From the IMG/VR virus record IMGVR_UViG_3300044997_001052: a DNA stretch of 20,000 nt. One strand, 5' to 3'. The stretch comes from an uncultured virus (IMG/VR IMGVR_UViG_3300044997_001052). Lineage: Duplodnaviria; Heunggongvirae; Uroviricota; Caudoviricetes. Every line of letters starts with the position of its first letter. The stretch's first letter is position 1. Under the pieces are notes generated by a model. That model saw only the letters and a program-made list of their open reading frames with translations, did no database searches and was not told the origin of the DNA. Below, piece after piece: positions 18,050 to 20,000 of the stretch. Both the position numbers and the translations under genes were made by a program.

Positions 18050-18631
18050 TTATTTAAAACTCCCTATAAAATTTTTGTATAACAAACTAAAGTATTTTAC
18101 TGGTTTATAAGATGCTCTCCTAACTTTATTCTGACTTTGTATGCCTCTTCCAGACCTACTCGAAGAAAACATAAGTCCATATAAATAATTACTAAATCCA
18201 GATATACCTTTTTCTATACTCTTTAACCAGCTATTACCGCCCTCAAAGGGCATTGGTGTATAAGTTTGAAGTTCTTCTAAAGAAGGCGAAGAGACTTTAA
18301 AATTGAATACTCCATCTTTAAATTCGCCTTTTTCTATTCTTGTGTTTTTATCTATTAGATCTGTAAGATCTTCTATGGGTTTTTCGCCTTGATTAAATCC
18401 TATAAAAGTATATAAATTTCCTTCTCCATTTAAAGTTCTTGAAATATTTTCAGAATCTGGTCCACCCATTAATTCTTGAGAAATTGGATGATTATTTATG
18501 TTATTTAAATATTCTTTTTTTTGATCTTCTAGTATTTTATTAGCAATAATACTAGCTCCTTTTTCTAAAAATTTTGCTTTAGTTTTAGATATTTCATTTT
18601 TAAGAATTGATCTGTTGATTTTACCAGCCAT
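18050..18631 (-). CDS. Putative neck / tail completion protein (HK97 gp10-like position)
   Basis: 193 aa, basic, with EGNL and W...IEKG patterns, between the closure and terminator candidates. Confidence 0.45.
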   Translation of the reverse strand: MAGKINRSILKNEISKTKAKFLEKGASIIANKILEDQKKEYLNNINNHPISQELMGGPDSENISRTLNGEGNLYTFIGFNQGEKPIEDLTDLIDKNTRIEKGEFKDGVFNFKVSSPSLEELQTYTPMPFEGGNSWLKSIEKGISGFSNYLYGLMFSSSRSGRGIQSQNKVRRASYKPVKYFSLLYKNFIGSFK

Positions 18632-19068
18632 TATTTTGTTTCCTCTAAATAATATTGATAGTAAGTATTATTCAAATATTTTCTTACTCCTGCTGTAGTA
18701 ATTTTATTAAAAGTTTTACCGTCGAATTGAATATTTACTACTTTGCCTTGATCTATGTAATCTCTTGCATCTTGTTTAACTACTAAAGTGACGATACCAC
18801 GAGTGATTGATAATCTAACATCTGTTAATATATCTTCACTTTGTTTTTTGTTATAAGATATTCTACCTTTAAAAGTAGCTTGAACAGGAATATAATCATA
18901 GGCTTCTGGAACGGATTGAATATCATAACCAAACAATGGAGTCGTCGCGGGAGAGACGATAACTTTAATTGGTTCTTTATTAACCGTAAACTCTCTAGAA
19001 AAGTAGTCGAAAAATTTATCGAATTCTTTAGAAAATTTATCTGCAACGTTAGGGTCTATAAAGCTCAT
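18631..19068 (-). CDS. Putative head closure (stopper) protein
   Basis: 145 aa, beta-rich, ending IQFDGKTF...YYQYYLEE, similar in size and pattern to head closure proteins. Positional inference. Confidence 0.5.
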   Translation of the reverse strand: MSFIDPNVADKFSKEFDKFFDYFSREFTVNKEPIKVIVSPATTPLFGYDIQSVPEAYDYIPVQATFKGRISYNKKQSEDILTDVRLSITRGIVTLVVKQDARDYIDQGKVVNIQFDGKTFNKITTAGVRKYLNNTYYQYYLEETK

Positions 19069-19070
19069 TT

Positions 19071-19580
19071 TTAGCTAGCATTATATGTTGTGCGAATATT
19101 ATATAACGCACCTCTTTCTGAGTTGTAAGATCCTGGAACCGTATCATCTCCAGCAACCTGTAGTGGAAAAATCTCATTTATATTATATTTATCAACCAAA
19201 GACTTTAATTCTTCATATTCTTGCTTGCGGATCTGATAAAAATTTTTTAAAACTTCATTAGAGTTTAGTTTTTGCACACTGCCAAAATCATCTTTAATTG
19301 AAGTATAATCACTAGAAGCGAGACTTCCTGCGCTTTTAATTTTAATATCAAAAAAATAAATTGAATACATTTTTTTAAATATATATTTTTGTATATCATT
19401 TAAACTTGGGGTGATCTCTAGTGTAGCGCTATCAATAAAATATTCAATATTTAATAAATTTCCAAGACCACCAATATTTCTTCTTACCCATGCAGCGATT
19501 GCGGCTATGCTAAAATCACTTGGCTCGCCCATTTCTTCATATATTTCTTGGGCAATAGATGTAACAGTATTAATAATCAT
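19071..19580 (-). CDS. Putative head-tail adaptor (connector) protein
   Basis: 169 aa, helical with a central beta-hairpin-like SIKDDFGSVQK; first of four genes before the tail tube. Positional inference. Confidence 0.5.
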   Translation of the reverse strand: MIINTVTSIAQEIYEEMGEPSDFSIAAIAAWVRRNIGGLGNLLNIEYFIDSATLEITPSLNDIQKYIFKKMYSIYFFDIKIKSAGSLASSDYTSIKDDFGSVQKLNSNEVLKNFYQIRKQEYEELKSLVDKYNINEIFPLQVAGDDTVPGSYNSERGALYNIRTTYNAS

Positions 19581-19584
19581 ACCT

Positions 19585-19594
19585 TAAATTACAC
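19585..19594 (-). promoter_or_regulatory. Conserved intergenic motif GTGTAATTTA, putative late promoter
   Basis: Exact copy only 4 nt upstream of the ATG at 19580. Confidence 0.7.
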
Positions 19595-19633
19595 TTAATT
19601 CTTCCGCCTCCATCAGGAACCATTTCATCTCCT

Positions 19634-19999
19634 TCATCTAATATTTCCGTACATTATGTATCTATTATTCCTTTTGCATTTTAGTATAGTTATTGAGTCC
19701 TTAAATTCAAATTTAATTATTGGATTTTGACTAGTAACTATATCAAATCCACTATTCATCAATTTATCTGTTATTTCATTGATATTTCCAAAATAATTAT
19801 GCACTTCTATGATTATTTCTTTAAATTTTCTTAAAATTTCAATAGGTGCACCAGCTATTATTTCGAATTCAGCACCTTCAGTATCAACTTTTAAGCACCC
19901 ATCTTTAATTTGGTGTTCATTAACGATGGTCTCTAAACTAATTTTATTTAATCTTTTGTTAATATTTTCTGCATAGTAAACTTTTGTTTCTGCACGATT
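19634..19999 (-). CDS. FkbM-family SAM-dependent methyltransferase, C-terminal part (5' end outside window)
   Basis: Not in the ORF track. Manual translation gives an open frame of 121 codons: ...KISLETIVNEHQIKDGCLKVDTEGAEFEIIAGAPIEILRKFKEIIIEVHNYFG..., matching the FkbM signature LK.D.EG.E ... I..E.H. Stop TGA at 19634-19636. Confidence 0.85.
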   Translation of the reverse strand, partial: NRAETKVYYAENINKRLNKISLETIVNEHQIKDGCLKVDTEGAEFEIIAGAPIEILRKFKEIIIEVHNYFGNINEITDKLMNSGFDIVTSQNPIIKFEFKDSITILKCKRNNRYIMYGNIR

Positions 20000-20000
20000 T

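Noticed and set aside
18825..19074. ORFs 18825-19046 (-) and 18841-19074 (+)
   Set aside because: Overlap the 145-aa gene that fits the operon packing; no independent support.
15975..19580. Contractile tail (sheath or baseplate wedge genes)
   Set aside because: No sheath-sized gene lies between the completion genes and the tube, and the tip genes are lambda I/J-like, consistent with a non-contractile tail.
1..20000. Stop-codon reassignment
   Set aside because: Genes tile the window densely under the standard bacterial code with no fragmentation of conserved proteins.
1..20000. CRISPR array, tRNA, intron/intein, diversity-generating retroelement or invertase system
   Set aside because: No regularly spaced repeats, cloverleaf, splice motifs, reverse transcriptase or recombinase seen. 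The 45-bp TMP repeat differs at mixed positions rather than in an adenine-specific template/variable pattern.

Overview
AT-rich segment of a tailed dsDNA phage, most likely a large siphovirus-type phage with a long non-contractile tail, covering the neck and tail morphogenesis module. The minus strand carries a partial FkbM-family methyltransferase, four head-tail joining/tail completion candidates, the tail tube protein, two small hypothetical genes, two tail assembly chaperone candidates and a 2648-aa tape measure protein (TMP). The plus strand carries, convergently, lambda gpI-like and gpJ-like tail tip genes and a 467-aa orphan. Main observations: (1) the TMP is segmented by about ten copies of a short recurring linker (GFIPN[FY] and [KG][FY]xxGG-type) that bracket duplicated modules and variable inserts, one with a PD-(D/E)xK nuclease-like residue pattern, suggesting a cargo-carrying or processed polyprotein; (2) a 10-bp motif GTGTAAT(T/A)(T/A)A occurs in all four sizeable intergenic spacers and is a candidate phage late promoter; (3) the tail tip genes are inverted relative to the TMP. 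All calls come from motif recognition and gene order by eye; no database searches were run.
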